64,000 bases of DNA from Perna viridis. Taxonomy: Eukaryota. Positions 36,408-51,100 of this stretch are shown here, piece by piece. The position numbers and the translations under genes were made by a program. The notes under the pieces are model-generated. The model ran no database searches. It was not told the origin of the DNA and was given only the letters and a program-made list of their open reading frames with translations. Within the stretch, counting starts at the first letter, position 1. Each line of letters opens with the position of its first letter. The stretch lies in contig CM074518.1 in the NCBI GenBank assembly GCA_037379345.1, forward strand, positions 42,807,586 to 42,871,585, given 5' to 3'.

Positions 36408-36793
36408 TTAAGTAGCTGTCTTTGTAAGAATCATGCAAAATCTGAAAAATTTGATACATCCCAAAAAGGCTACATATTTTTATTTTTTTAATTAAGTTGT
36501 TTGATGGATCTATACTATAAAACGTGTAATTATTCATTCAAATATGCCTGCTCTTAGGAGATAATCGACATCGAAAATACAGTAGATTCTATTATATTTG
36601 AGCGCCATTTACAGAATTATCTCCCTTAACTTTAAAATTTATAGTGCATTTTATATAATTTTTATCTCCTAAGAGCACGGGTTATATGAAAAACCACATG
36701 TATATTTCTGTTTACTATGACATTTCAAACAAAATTTCAAAAATAAAAATATGTAGGCATTTTACCCATAAATCACATTTTGCATGATTCTTA
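36408..36793 (+). mobile_element. Copy of the ~390-bp asymmetric-IR repeat
   Basis: Aligns end to end with 33759-34149 but lacks the microsatellite. Confidence 0.75.
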
Positions 36794-36854
36794 GCTTTAT
36801 AAAGGTCAAAATACAAAAAAAGAAATCATAAAGGAAATTGATGTCGCTCGAGTC

Positions 36855-37072
36855 AGGTGTTTCTAGAAAAACAGGTTTACCATACCAGTGCACCTGGTCC
36901 ATGCTCCCAGGCTTTAGAGTCCGAGTTGCACATTTGCTTTTGTTACTTTGTATGTATGATTTTAGTTACTTTATGTTCTTTGTTGTGTATGCCTGTTTTC
37001 CATGTCTGGTCTTTTTCCCTGGATTACATTCTTTTGATTACCGCTATAACATTGGTTCCCTTGATTACTCTT
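36855..37072 (+). mobile_element. Penelope-like element 3'-end copy
   Basis: Shared 3' terminus. Confidence 0.85.
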
Positions 37073-37527
37073 ACAATGAATACGGAATACCTTTATGAAG
37101 CTACTGACATAGTATCAATTGCAAATTTCATAAAACTAACGAAAAGGTGTGGATGGTCAGACATCTTATTCACTTAATATCACTCCGCTTTCCAAAATGT
37201 CTTGTCCATTTGTGGAAAACATATACAACACATTACTTATTACATGTAACTCCTGCATGTCAAATCAAAATACTCGAAGAACAAGGCAATTAATAGAAAC
37301 CATGATCAGCAAATCTAACCATATAAATTATTTTTTTATTCTTAATATCATCCCGATATGAAACTCAGTCACTGTCTATGGTAGAGGTCATTCAAGGAGT
37401 AGAAAAATCCACCAAAACAACGATGTTTTTTCGTCTTCATATAAAAGATTGATTTTTTGGTTACACAGATCTGTATTTTTTAGAAAACCGTGCATTGACC
37501 CTCCGCTGGAATTTTGGTTCCCTGGAT

Positions 37528-37529
<2 letters not shown>

Positions 37530-37576
<47 letters not shown>
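37530..37576. repeat. (CT)n microsatellite
   Basis: Direct inspection. Preceded by ttggttcccctggataac, which resembles the Penelope-like terminus ttggttcccttgattactct. Confidence 0.95.
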
Positions 37577-37582
<6 letters not shown>

Positions 37583-38063
37583 ATTAAATCAAGAACGATA
37601 TTTCTTACAAAGTGCAAATTTTAAACTCAATCTATATAATTTTCTTCGGGGAAGTCCGACAGCCGAATGCTTGTTTAAGACTAGGTATGTGGTATAAAAC
37701 TGATTCTGAATTTGAACTAAGAGTGAACGTAATGGGGTTTTAACATGTATGAATCACCTCATGTATGATATTTACGATGTTTTACTCAATTATAGACATC
37801 TAAAAAAAAATAGAAAAATGTATTTCAACATTGGTGATTTGAGAGAGGTGAATGCGCTGTTTTTTTTAAATCATTTAGCTGCCACCGATTAACGAGGTAG
37901 ACTTAGGGTATGTGACAAAACTCATAAAAATCATTGGAACGTTTGTATTCAGCATTTTACATCAATATCATATAAGCACCAAAGTAACTATTGAATGTAA
38001 CCATTGGATTGTAATTTTTTGTTTAACTAAACGATAAAAAACAATAATTATATTTGCATTTTC

Positions 38064-41000
38064 CTATCGTCTTTTATAATGGAATTCGTGCCATGGTCGT
38101 AGGTCCAATTTGTGGTGAAACTGACAAGGAATTCGTGGTGTACTGAAAAAAAATCAATATGTAAAACCAACTATGGTAAAATATCGCAATGTTTTAAATT
38201 GTCAATGGATAGCTTATGATTTATTTCTGTAATAATCAGGCAGTGGGTAAATTATGCAGGAAAATAACACAATATTTTGATTCAATATATTCAACACATG
38301 CCGGTACTTAAAACCAAAATCGTAATTCTATATCAATTTTTGAAAAGTTGTTTTTAATGTTTCTTCATTTCAGATTGTAAGATAGCAAATATGCATATCA
38401 TTCATTTGAAATTGTGTGGAGAAATAATTTCTTATATGACTGACCAACAGAAGTAAAACATTTACCCTGGATTCAAAGGAATGCAAAATGATTTTGTACC
38501 CGGAATCGATTGATTTAACCACTATTTTACAATCAATAACTGAAGTAGAAGTCGTAACGAATTTAATAAACTAAAACTTTTGCAATTTACTCATTAACAA
38601 ATAAAAATGTTAATGTTTCAACTTACCCAGCTTTATCTGATACAAATGCATTTGCCGGCATACTACCAACACGTATAGTTCGGCAGTATAATGCTGAGAG
38701 TGTCTGTCTTTTTATCTGCATTAATTGAGCTAAAATAAAAGGAAATGTAATTGATTAACATAGTACAAGTTTTGTGACATGTAAATCATTCGAAGATGAT
38801 ATCGTAAGAGTCTAAGTTTATGCTGTTTAAAGTGTATCATTGCTGTTTATTGTGTCCTTAAAAATGCAAAATCGTTGTTACAACCGGTTTTTAATCGATG
38901 TTGTTTCTTTACACAAGAAAGCATTTGAAAAATTGAGTTTATGTAGACAAGTACACATTTTTACTTAGTCAACTTGCAATTGACAGCGTGCTTGTAGAAA
39001 CATTTAAATGTTTTTGAAGACTAAATGATATGACAAATACAATGGTTGCACATTGAAATATTAGTACTAACTGGGAAACATTGTGACGAATATCATTTTG
39101 CCGGATTATCTTAAACTTTGCCTGTTCATGTATTACTGTAATGTCCCTCATACTTATGAGATGTGAAATTACCTTTACTTACCAGGAGTAAATCCAGTAA
39201 GTTTAAAATTGTTTTCATAGAAAAACCGATCACCAGTCTTGTACATTTTAAACTGAAGACCGATAATACATCTGAATGTCGGGCCAACTAGTGCTCCAGG
39301 TGCAGGTCGCTCCGAGAGTGCACCAGCAAAGAGATCAATATCTTCTGGATGTCTACAACATTCATATTAATTGGTGTTGTGCTATTTCTAGGCAAAAGTT
39401 CGATTTTTTTCACTTGTAAAGATAAAGGAAACACATACGGTTTAATCAATAAGTGCATGATGATTCCTAACCATTACTAATACTACAAATAAGGAGGTAG
39501 ACCTAGCGTAAGGGGCATAACTCTTGAAATCAGTGATATGTTTGTATCATATTCAATTTTACAGAAGCCTTTCACGCTTTCCTTTGAAACAGAATAAAAT
39601 CAGTTCAATTTACTTTGATGCTTACACAAGATTGATATAAAATGCTGAATACAAACGTTCAAATGATTTGTAATAGTTGCATCCCTTACCTAGGTCTACC
39701 TCTTTAAATAATACAAACAATGTTTTTCATTATCAATCAAGCCATTATGAAATCGAAAAATTATATATATGAAAATAAGAAATAAACATAATAAAACTCC
39801 ACTCACAAAGTATGTAATGATTTATGGCATTGGAATCTGATTAATCATGTTTTTGTGTAATTTATATGATTTATATGATGACTATTAACTCTTATAGTGT
39901 TCATATTTAGTTTTTAATATGATATACTATTTGATAGATATCAAAATCTCAAAATATGCGTTCTTTGTTTCAATTCTAAAATGTTTATTTTTACCAAGTG
40001 TAGTTTGAATACCCGTAACAAACATTGATAACGAGGCCAACCAGTATACAATACCTGTAAACATATTTCAATGCATCTGCCACTGGTGGTTCGTGACTTG
40101 ACAATCCAAATGGTCCAGTTCCAAAATACATTGCAGGCCGGAGACCACAAAACTGTCGCCATCGATTGTATGACGGAATGCCGTGGTCCCTTCCACGCTG
40201 AATATTAAGTGCACTTAGATCAAATCCATTTCCAGGCATCGTTTGGAATAATCTCTCCCTGACAGCGGTTGTTAAGAACCGGTCAGCCCGACTACTCAGT
40301 TGTGAGGTCATCCAACGTCCGATACCATCTGTTCCGAATGACGATTTATTTCTTATAGTTTCAGGTTTAAAAAATTGATTTTCTAGAACGTCAACAGCCT
40401 TTGGGGTAAATTTTGGATCATAAGCCGCAACAAACGAACCAATTAGAGAATGACCAAATCGGTAGGCTGCTGCGCCAAACGAATTCCGAGTAGACGGGTT
40501 TATTTTTGGATTGTAACTGGTCAAATATCCAAGTGATCTACTTCTTAGTCCAAACATTTCCATTCCTTGGTGACCAATTATTATTGGCAAAAACTCAGTA
40601 TAAATGATGTGCTGATAGATGCCCGTCACAATCTTTTTTGCTTCTTGAAATAGGCGTTCGCTGTTCCATCCAGGGTTCACGACTTTTAATTCCTCGACAA
40701 TGTTGTTGTGTTCGCGGAGGAATATGATATGTACCACGGTTAGCATTGGATTTTCAGACGTTCTGTCGTCGCCTTCAAGATAAAGAGTAGTATGGATGGA
40801 GAGTCGACCAAAAAGTGACTATAATGTTTAATCTAAAATTGGCATTATGTATTGTTTCGACATAAAACAAACGGTATATCCAATTGCACCAAGAGAACCA
40901 ATTTGTTCAATGTCTCATCCTTTTTCGTCTATTCTGGATTTGGCATTTTGTGAGCAAGTCTGTTTCTAGAAAATCAGAGGACGCTTACCCTACTGGTGCA

Positions 41001-42139
41001 ATCGGTATATGCTCCACGTGGCTCATTTACTTTTGTTGCTTTGTACTTATCATTGTGGTTATTTTATGTTCTTTTACGTGTATGTCTGTTTTCCATGTCT
41101 GGTTTTTGTCCTTGGATTACATTCTTTTGATTACTGCTATAACCTTGGTTCCCTTGATTACTCTTACATTATTTTGATTTCCGCCGAAATCTTGTTTCAC
41201 TCGATTACTCATTTACTCCATCATATGTCAGACGACATAAAGACTTCTGGTAATTAGTGCATTGAAATGACCAAAACAAATGTTTGAAGTTCACTTGCAT
41301 TTTGACATCTATGTCGCTTTCTGGTCAATACTTTTGGAAAGAAAATTGTGTCCACACCCTAGAAACAACTTCATATTAAGTGAAAGGATTATTTATAACA
41401 CTTAGTTTATCTAGTGGTTTCTTCGGTGTGGATATATTTTTCTTGATGTAGTTTCTCTTATTATCTCAAAAATTATCTGCAGTTTTTGTTAAATGACGTA
41501 TATTAGTGGCACTACTATGACGCCATAAAAAATTCCACAAGACATTATTTTTCCTTATATTTATATATTTTACTTTGAATATTTAAAATAAATAATCATA
41601 TTAAAGTTGATATTTTTTTCGCAATAGTCATCGCCTAATACCCCAACACTTTTGTTCATAAAGACGTTGACACTGAAAACACAAAAAAACATTCATCCAT
41701 GTGTTTCACCCATGACTTTTTTTGATGAATGTGTCTTAATTATAAAGACAAATTCGACATAATTTGTTGTGACATGCATCATTAATTTGGTCCTCTGTCC
41801 TACATAATAACACCTAAATGAACTGTCCCGTACTACCATACATCGTGTAATAAGTTACAGCCCTAGATTAATCCTACGTGGAGGAATGACCCGGCCAGCC
41901 AAAGCTATATTTTATAGCCTTGCTGGCCGAGTGGTCTAGGGCGCTGGACTTAGTGCAGGCGGTGTTGCCATAGATGTCACAGCGGTACGAGTTCGAGTCC
42001 CGCGGAGGGAACGACCAAAAATTTGCATCGCAAATTTGACAGTTCTAACATCGTTGGGAATTTGTCAGACCTTTCTATACGTTTGCATATCTTCCCTGTA
42101 CCAATTTAATACGATGGAGCAGTGTAACGAATAGAGTCG

Positions 42140-42188
<49 letters not shown>

Positions 42189-45100
42189 TGACGCTGTTTT
42201 TGCGTTATTGTATGATTATTAATGTGACGTTCATGTTTTAAATGTGTCCAATATTACGTTTACAAAACAAAATGTGTTAATAATGTTAATTGCAACGTGT
42301 GGTTGGTACTTTGTTTTACAAAATGGTCTGTTTTTTGGGTTTTTTTTTTTTTTGTTTTTTTTTTTTTTTTTTACTTTATGTCGATGATAAAGGAAGTAAT
42401 GCAATAGAAAAAAGCGATAACAGAGTTTATCTTAGATACTTTAGCTCGTTAAATAATAATTGGTTACCTCATCGCGAACAGGGAAACAACGGGAAAGAAA
42501 ATAATATACTATACCCGTCAAGAAACATCTGGTCGACATTGAACAGGGCGTGTCTTCGGGAGCATCGGGCAATATTCTACCAACTCCTTCTTTGAGGCGA
42601 CCTTGAATAAATCATGAATAGTTTGGACTAAATGCCTATCCTAAATTTTGACTTATGAGTGCACTTTGTTGTGCTTAAGCAACGAACAAGAGATTGTTTA
42701 TATCTGCATAAGCATACACGAACTGTGAACATAAACAATACTTGAAATAAAATAACGTATTTGGTTTTTTTTTCAAATCTAAACATTCTGTTGCAACTGA
42801 ATATATATATGTCAACATGTATACTAAAAGAGTTGAATGAATGGAATAGCCATCCATCGTCGAATAGACACGGCGTATTGCTTTCTTAAATCACCTGTGG
42901 GTCAGTTCGTAAATATTTTCGAGTTCTCGTTCATAATTTATGATTTTGTTTTGTTCCGTCACTATATCCAATCAGGACTTACAGCAAAGCAAAATGAACC
43001 TTTTATCGCTTGTTTGGTCGTGAAATTTCCAGGCTCAGAAGATGATGGAAAAACATCGTTGGTGAAAATGATCTATATGATTCGTCTTCAGATATACAGC
43101 AAAACCTGTATAAACCAAACCACTTCCGTAATTTAAAAATGTTCCATTTATAAGAATTTGGGTTTACAAAGGTTCAAAACACATTTCTATTGGTGTAAAG
43201 GGATCTTAAAAAGAGTTTGGTTTTCACACGTATTGGGATTTTTCAGGGTTCAATTTAGACCAGTTTTGCTCTACTGTCTTCAGAAAAAGAAGCGACTTCT
43301 GGCAGTCGGGCTTCATCGGGGCGTTGTCGAATTTTAGGTTATTTCGACATCAATATAAATCATAGTTTGAACAAATTAACCTCTACTTAGAAGAGTTCCA
43401 TTCCTATAATGATAAATCTGATTGGATAATGCTATCATGGGAATATTCACGAAAACGAGAAAATATTAGACATCGACATACAGGTGATGTGAGTAGACAA
43501 CACAGCGAAATCAACCGTGGTGTCCGACGAAGAAGCAAACGTTTAACCACTTAATCACGTATATGTTTTATCCAGCGAAGAGATCCGCCATGTCCATGAA
43601 TATTTTGTTTCGAATAACGAATAAGTAACAGTTTAAGAGCGAACAAAACCCATGTAAGCTACTTTGTAGTATACCAGCAAAGGTCAAATATTTGCATTGC
43701 AGTATATATTATATATTTTATGTTATACATATATGTACCTGACCAACGTTCACGTAGACTGTTTTGGCCATCTTCAGTATTGCCATAGGTCACAGAAAGA
43801 TCAAGAAAAGACGTTCGTTGGTTGATTTGATTTCGTGGACCTAGAAAAACCGAATCAGCAATTTAAACAAAGCATAGTCTGGAATAGTTTACATCATAAA
43901 TATAAATGTAGAACGAATGTACATAAAAAGGCAGCAGATCGACAAATCGAAACTGTCTGCAACCTTTAGGAACAGTTACCCTCAAATAATTATATATATA
44001 CATATACACACATATAAAACATATAACAAGAGTTGTAAATAAAGAAAACAAAGACCTAGTCATTTAATCAGTGCACCTTGACGTTTTTTGATAATATGAA
44101 TATTTGTGTGGGTGCCTACTTTTACTAAAGGAATAAAACAGATACATTAACACCGCCGAGAGAAGGTTCTAAGAAAATGTAAACTTATCACACTATAAAG
44201 TAGATGTGAAATGTACTTAAACATCTAAATTATTATCCTAAAGATTCAAATCATTTCAAATTGGCCAGTTTCTTTAATTTTTATCCATAACAAAAAACAA
44301 ATCATTCATCTGATTTTTTCTGAAAAAAATGAAAACAATTTGGAGTAAATCAAAATTAAAATATAAAATGAATAAATGAAAAACGATAAGAGCAAAACTA
44401 TCATTACCCTTTTAAAGCTTGATTAAATGATCACAGACGCATCCAAAGCCGATGACCGATGATAATCTGGTTTAATGGTCAATAAACATAAGCGAACCTA
44501 AGATTGCAAATATATAAACTCCAACGATGGATATGCACAAAATATGAATAAATTGCCGCTCATGTAATAAATAAAAACCAAGATAAAGTTAGCTAAATTA
44601 ACTTAAGTATTGTGCATTTGTATCTAAATGAAATATAAGTCATTTGAAGGAAATATTTAAATGTTTCTCTTTTTAAATTTGAATATTAGAATGTATAAAA
44701 ATAAATAAAATAACGTCTTATCCGCTCAGCCAATTAATAGACAGAAGTAGTTACTTGTGACTCGAAGTTATATTTAAGGGGAACTAAAATATAAACCCGG
44801 GCTTCCAAGTTATGGCCAATGACTGGTCTGATCGTGGTTTTGTTATATAAAATGATAGATAATTGGTTCATGTATAACAGACTTTTCATTGCAAGTCATA
44901 TTTAGTGTCATTCCAAATTCACATTGAATTAAAAATATAAAATCCACATTTTAGTTCATTTAAAAAAAAAACGTAAATGAAAAAAAGTTCAATTGATGAC
45001 TATATAAACATGGATAACTGACACAAACCAATCCGTAAAATATAGTAAGCAATCAGCGTTCATTTGATCTTAAATAGATGCGATAACCATTTTCACGAAT

Positions 45101-48100
45101 CGAAGACTGAATATGGACATTGTTCCGTGAGAGATGACAGTTCAGAATTATAGTTGCCCGGATTGTTTCAAGTAGTGTATAAGGAGGTGTAACTTGACTA
45201 GAAAGGAATTTTATACCACTGTTTATGTCAATGATTTGTATGTTATTTATTTCTCTTTGACCATTGCTGATATTCTAAAACCAACATTCAACTTTGAGAG
45301 AAGATGCATTTGCGATGTGAAATGGGTGAACTTTTTTGAAAACAAAATTTTACATCTGCCATCCACTGCCTGAGTTTTGTCAAGTCGCCCTCTTAAAAAT
45401 ATATACATACAACTAAAGGTAAATAAATCACCAAAAATCAACAAAAATGTGCTTAAAACAGTAGACGAAATATTTGTTTTATCAGCAATGGGAAGTAATG
45501 TAACTGCCAAAAATATAGCATCAGAATATGTATTTATGCTTCAATTAGTCTGAGACAACATCAGCTTCTTTAAAAGCAAAACGCCGTAGAAGAATTTCTA
45601 CTATACCTGGTGGACATCCTGGCTCAACGCTAACATCCGACCTCACAAAGGACATGCATGTCGTTCTAAATTCTCCTGGAGGAGTAGGAAATGGAAAGCA
45701 CTCTGGTCTAAAAGATTAATATCGAATTTAAGTACTAAATACTTGCTTGTTAGTTTTTATTTTTTATTTAAAAAGCACGAGAAGACCCGTGCAATATATT
45801 CTTTTCATATTTCCGTCGTTGACTTCCTTTTTCTTTTCCTGTATAATTTTAAGCAAAGGAAAGTAACTCTCCTAATCGAAAGACTAGTTTACTGGAACAA
45901 TTGACAACATTAGACTTTAAATTCAAATAATCATTTGACTTATTTGAGCTGCTGTCAGTACGAGGAATTTATTTCAATTGGCTTTCCCCCTTATAGTATT
46001 GATTAGGTATATTTTAAAAATATTTTACCCAACTGGACAAGAATATAGTATGAATATGTTTTTAAATTAATATTGGTTAATATTACCTTTCCAATATTTT
46101 TTTGAACTTGACAGTTCGTGCAGTATAACTATACTCCTGATAATACGCACAAATATAAACGGAATAATTTTATGATATTAAATGTTGTTTTCAAAAACTT
46201 GGAATGGTTTTAAATGTAACGTATAATGAGTAAAGTGTATGAATATCATTACGAATTATCCGGAATGTAATTAAAATGTTTCGCAAACTGTCGATGTGAA
46301 AATCAGATAGAGGTAAAGAGAAAAGAAAAATATTTACCATTAAAGAAGCTTTGCCTGAATTACGCGAAGTTCCGTTCTTTTTTCTCCACTTTTAATTTAA
46401 AAGAACATGTACTGTATAGTGCAGAATGTATTTTTTATTTGGCAATTCAACTATGTGTTGTTAACGTATAAAGATAATTAATAAACAACGTTTATGCTTA
46501 TTCCATTCACCTGTTGATAGGTCTATCTCCTGTACAACACCTTATGGGTTGGTCACCATCTAAATAAATATAATGTGTATCTTGATCAAGAAAAGTACCA
46601 ACTACACATGTGTACGCCTATAACGATAATGGGTACAATTAATGGAGTATTTCTATGAGAAAAATAACAAAAAACTTTTCTAGCTTTAATCTAATTGTCT
46701 CATTATTTATCATTCTAATTTGCCTATTTGTGACAAAGATGATTGAATGTTGATGTTGGTTTCGTTTCAGTCTTTTTTGTTAATATATTATGTTCTTGAC
46801 ACTTTNNNNNNNNNNNNNNNNNNNNNNNNNNNNNNNNNNNNNNNNNNNNNNNNNNNNNNNNNNNNNNNNNNNNNNNNNNNNNNNNNNNNNNNNNNNNNNN
46901 NNNNNNNNNNNNNNNNNNNNNNNNNNNNNNNNNNNNNNNNNNNATTGACATATACGTATATCAACGTTCTGAAATATATCAACATTATTTGACATTATTA
47001 TTTTTCATATGAAGGAATATAAGATAATTCCAGATATCTTCTATTCATTTAAACCCTTGAATATTTTTATATTATCTATAATGATAACTTTCGAACTTTG
47101 ATGTCAAGATACGTGTGTCAAGTTTTTCACATGTATGCAATTTGATAAGATTTTAGTTACAAGTTTCAATATACTTAGATACCTAAAAAAATAAGATATG
47201 AGAGCAAACATAAGTCCATGTCACAAAACAAGTAAGGTTGTACTAAACTGTCTTACCTCTAACAGTTGGTGTTGAAATCACGTCATGGTCTATAAATTGT
47301 CCAAAAGTAGTCAATGCTACATTAAAAACATTACTTCTTGGTGGTGAAAATCCGCCTCGATGAACTGTGTTTGATATCACACGAGGATTAGGCAAAAGAA
47401 GGCCTTTCACACCTTTTGTACGGGGTGTAGTACCAAGATTTAAATCTAAAATACGCGTACCAAATCTAAGGTTCAATTGCTTTGAAACAGATATATGATG
47501 TGAATTGTGTACCTTTTTTACAATCACTCACACAAAAACATTTTGATTTATAGTAAATGGTTATTGTTACGTCCAAAAATAGATGAACAAAATTTATTTG
47601 CTTTTAAAGATAAAGGTCACTAAATTACAGGTAAAGCAAAACACATCAATTGCACACAAACTGCTTTGAATTATATTTAATTGTACTTAATTATACTGAG
47701 ATACCACGACATTTTTTAAACTGTTTTCTATGTAAATTATTCGAAAGCTAATTAAAGACTATATTTCTGTACAAAATATAAAAAAAGGATTCGCACTTAC
47801 AGTCTCCATAACTAGGGGGCAGAAAACGTTGTTGTGTTGTTACAGAAGCGCCCCACAGCGGATTTTTGAGATTGTTACAAGAACCATCTGCAGTCCGAAA
47901 TGGTGAGGATGGTTGACACGTAACATTTCGTTTAGGGCAGTATTTTGACATTTTTCTACTAAATTCTTTGACGTCAGGATAGACACCTGTCCTATATTAA
48001 TAGGAAAACATATTTTTAAACGATAGAAGTAAAGTTAGATTATGTTTTCATTATGAAATATTGATTGGCATTTTTTTGTATCGTGCTAGACTTCTTACAA

Positions 48101-51100
48101 TTAGGCTTATGGAACAGGATTATGTTGCTATAAGATTGCATAAATCCCTACAGAAGTTTTATGGTTGTCCTCATGAACTCATGGATCGTAACAGTGTATC
48201 CATCTGAAAAATGAATTCATGGATCATTACAGTGTATCAATCTGCATCATGAACTCATGGACCGTTACAGTGTATTCATCTGCATCATAAATACTGATTT
48301 GTTCAACATGTCATAGTTTTCCTGTCTTTTTTCTTCTACTCCACACTCACTGTTTATGAGCAACTCGGTTGTTTCTAGAAAAGCAGAAGTGCAGCTGGTT
48401 CATGCTCCCACTTTAAGTGAAAAATCAATTTTCTCATTCACTTTTGTTGTTTCGTTGTTTTTCTTGTTTTGATTATGTTATGCTTTCTTCTTGTGTATGT
48501 CGATTTTCAATGTCTGGTCTCTGTTCCTGGATTACATTCCTTTGATTCCCGATAGAACCTTGGTTCCCTTGATACTTTTTGATACATTGCGATCCAACCA
48601 GATTCCATTTGCTTTTTTCATGACTATTGAAGTCATCTGTCGTGATATTTTTACTTAACGAAACCAAAGCATGTAAAAATTAAGGGGTATTTAATAACAT
48701 TAACAATACTTATATGTTTCAAACGTTCCTTTTGTATATTCCCTACTTGCGGAGCTAAAGTATCGTCGATATCGGATGGAAAACCTTACGTGTTCCGAAT
48801 AGTCACCTGCTCCAAAGGGAGATAAATGTTGACAAAATGTTGGTTCGCAAGTCGGGAATAGAACGAATGGGTGTAAAATTTTGAAGTGGGGATAAGAAAC
48901 CAGATTGGAGAGTAGGGGTATCGTTGTCAGTTTCGATTTGACAATGGCATTTATTCGCTTATATGGTCACCTATGACTCCGGAAAGGGGTTACAAATCTT
49001 TTTTATTTCTATATTTTACCGCTCAATTTTACATTCTCTTATTCACGTATTACCACAATCAATGTGCACCCTGATATATAGTTTCCTATTCACAGATAAT
49101 ATGATAGTACGAAATGAAATAAATGAAATAAAGTGAAAAGAAACGATTCTATGAAGTTAATATGATATACAATTAGTAGTCCATGTTAGTGTTAGTGCCC
49201 TAACAACTCGGTATAAATTTGTAGTAACAATACATTATATAGAAAACACCGTTAAAGGACTGTCTGTCCATTTAGAAACCATGCAGTTCCTATGATATGG
49301 ATGGCACGTTGTCAAATTTATTCCATATAGTTGTTTGTTTCAATGAATCGACAATGGATAGCTCAGAAAATGATTTTACAATTTCATTAGAAACAAACCA
49401 ATTTTGCACAAAATCAAAGAGTAATCTCCTTTGTATTTCAATGTTTTCTATGTGTAATTGATTTCTCTTTAACCGTTGCAGTTAATCTATAACAAACATT
49501 TAACTTCGAGAAAGGACTCATTAGCGATATGAAGTAGATAAAAATGTTTTGAGAACAAACTTTGTAATGTGCAAGACACTATGTGGACGCCCTCTTCAAA
49601 CTTGCTTAAACATTTACCGTATTAACCTTACGTTTTAATACATGATGAGGATTTTTTATTCTTTCAAAACATGCTGCAAAAACAACTTATACTCTAAAAA
49701 ATTTGTCACTCGACAAAAAATATCGGTCTTCGTCTTTTATGTAATTTTGAAGGGAAATAACACAATAATTGAACTGATCAAATCTAGGCAAAGGTCAAAA
49801 GGAATAGTTTTAGTGGAGTCCGAATTTGTAGGTATGATTTTAGTTACTTTATGTTCTTTGTTGTGTATGTCTGTTTTCCATGTCTGGTCTTTGTCCCTGG
49901 ATTACATTCTTTTGATTACCGCTATAACCTTGGTTCCCTTGATTACTCTTAAAAGAACAGTTTGTGTAACGAATGGCCGGCATGGCAACATCGTTGTAAA
50001 AATGGAAAGTATGAACCGCCGCAATGGTCCTGACTTATTACAAGCATTTATGACAGGAATGGTGGATTAAACCTGGTCTTTGCAGGACGCTTAACCTCCC
50101 GCTTCTATAACGGTTTATTTTTTTTGATATATTTCAACATTAGTAGCCAGCATAAAATTGCCACCGGTCATAATCGGTAAAATTAGGAGTCAAACAGTAC
50201 AGAACATATAATTATAGCAGATGTAAAATATCAATGATTTCACATTGTATTCTTCAAAGCCTCTAATGTAAATCAATTTTTCCGATAAAATGTGGTAACT
50301 AAATGATTAACAATTTTATCTTTTGCTCTCACCTTCTATAATATTTTCCAGTTGCCGCAATCATGATATCACCAGCCATTCCAAACTCTCGGATGGCACT
50401 CGACGATTCTCGGCTAGCACTAAACATTGAGTGGATATATACTGGATCGTTGATATGTTCTTCACTGTAATTATTAAAGGCAGCATCATCTTTTTCAAAA
50501 GAAAAAAGAAATATACCTTCTTTATTTTTTGTCATAAGTGATTTAATTAAAATTTGAAGTAAACAAGTAACAAAATTAAACAAGCAATAAAAACCAAACA
50601 ATCAAACAAAACAAGAAATTAAAATTCATTTTATACAATCAGAAACAATAACGACGTATTTAATTATACATGTAACTGCAATTTGAAGCGTGTTCTTGTC
50701 ATTCTTCAAAGGCAAACGTAATTCATTCGAGTGAATATTAAGAAAAAAGTAAACAAAAAGTAAAAGATAAAGTGAGGATAATGAATAGGAAAACAGAGGG
50801 ATTTTTTCTACTCGATTAATATTAACATAAAATTTAATCAGCTGTATATAACAATAGACCCTTTTTGCTTACGTTCGAATAGTCGATGAGCATGCGTAGA
50901 GCATGCTCAATATACACTTCCGCTAGGAAAATTCTTTTGTTCTACCCAAGCCCTTCCGCGCGGAAGTGTATATTGAGCATGCTCACCAACTTACCACAAA
51001 AGGGTCTATTTTATTCAAGTGCAAGCATTCAGATAGTACTATCTACGAATACTATTGATGTATACGCTACTTTTTGACAATGTTTTGCGAAAATTATTCT

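Noticed and set aside
46511-47260. Peroxinectin RGD/KGD integrin-binding motif
   Set aside because: The spliced sequence reads VRDGDQ (Px2) and LRDGNE (Px1); no RGD/KGD was seen in the assembled exons.
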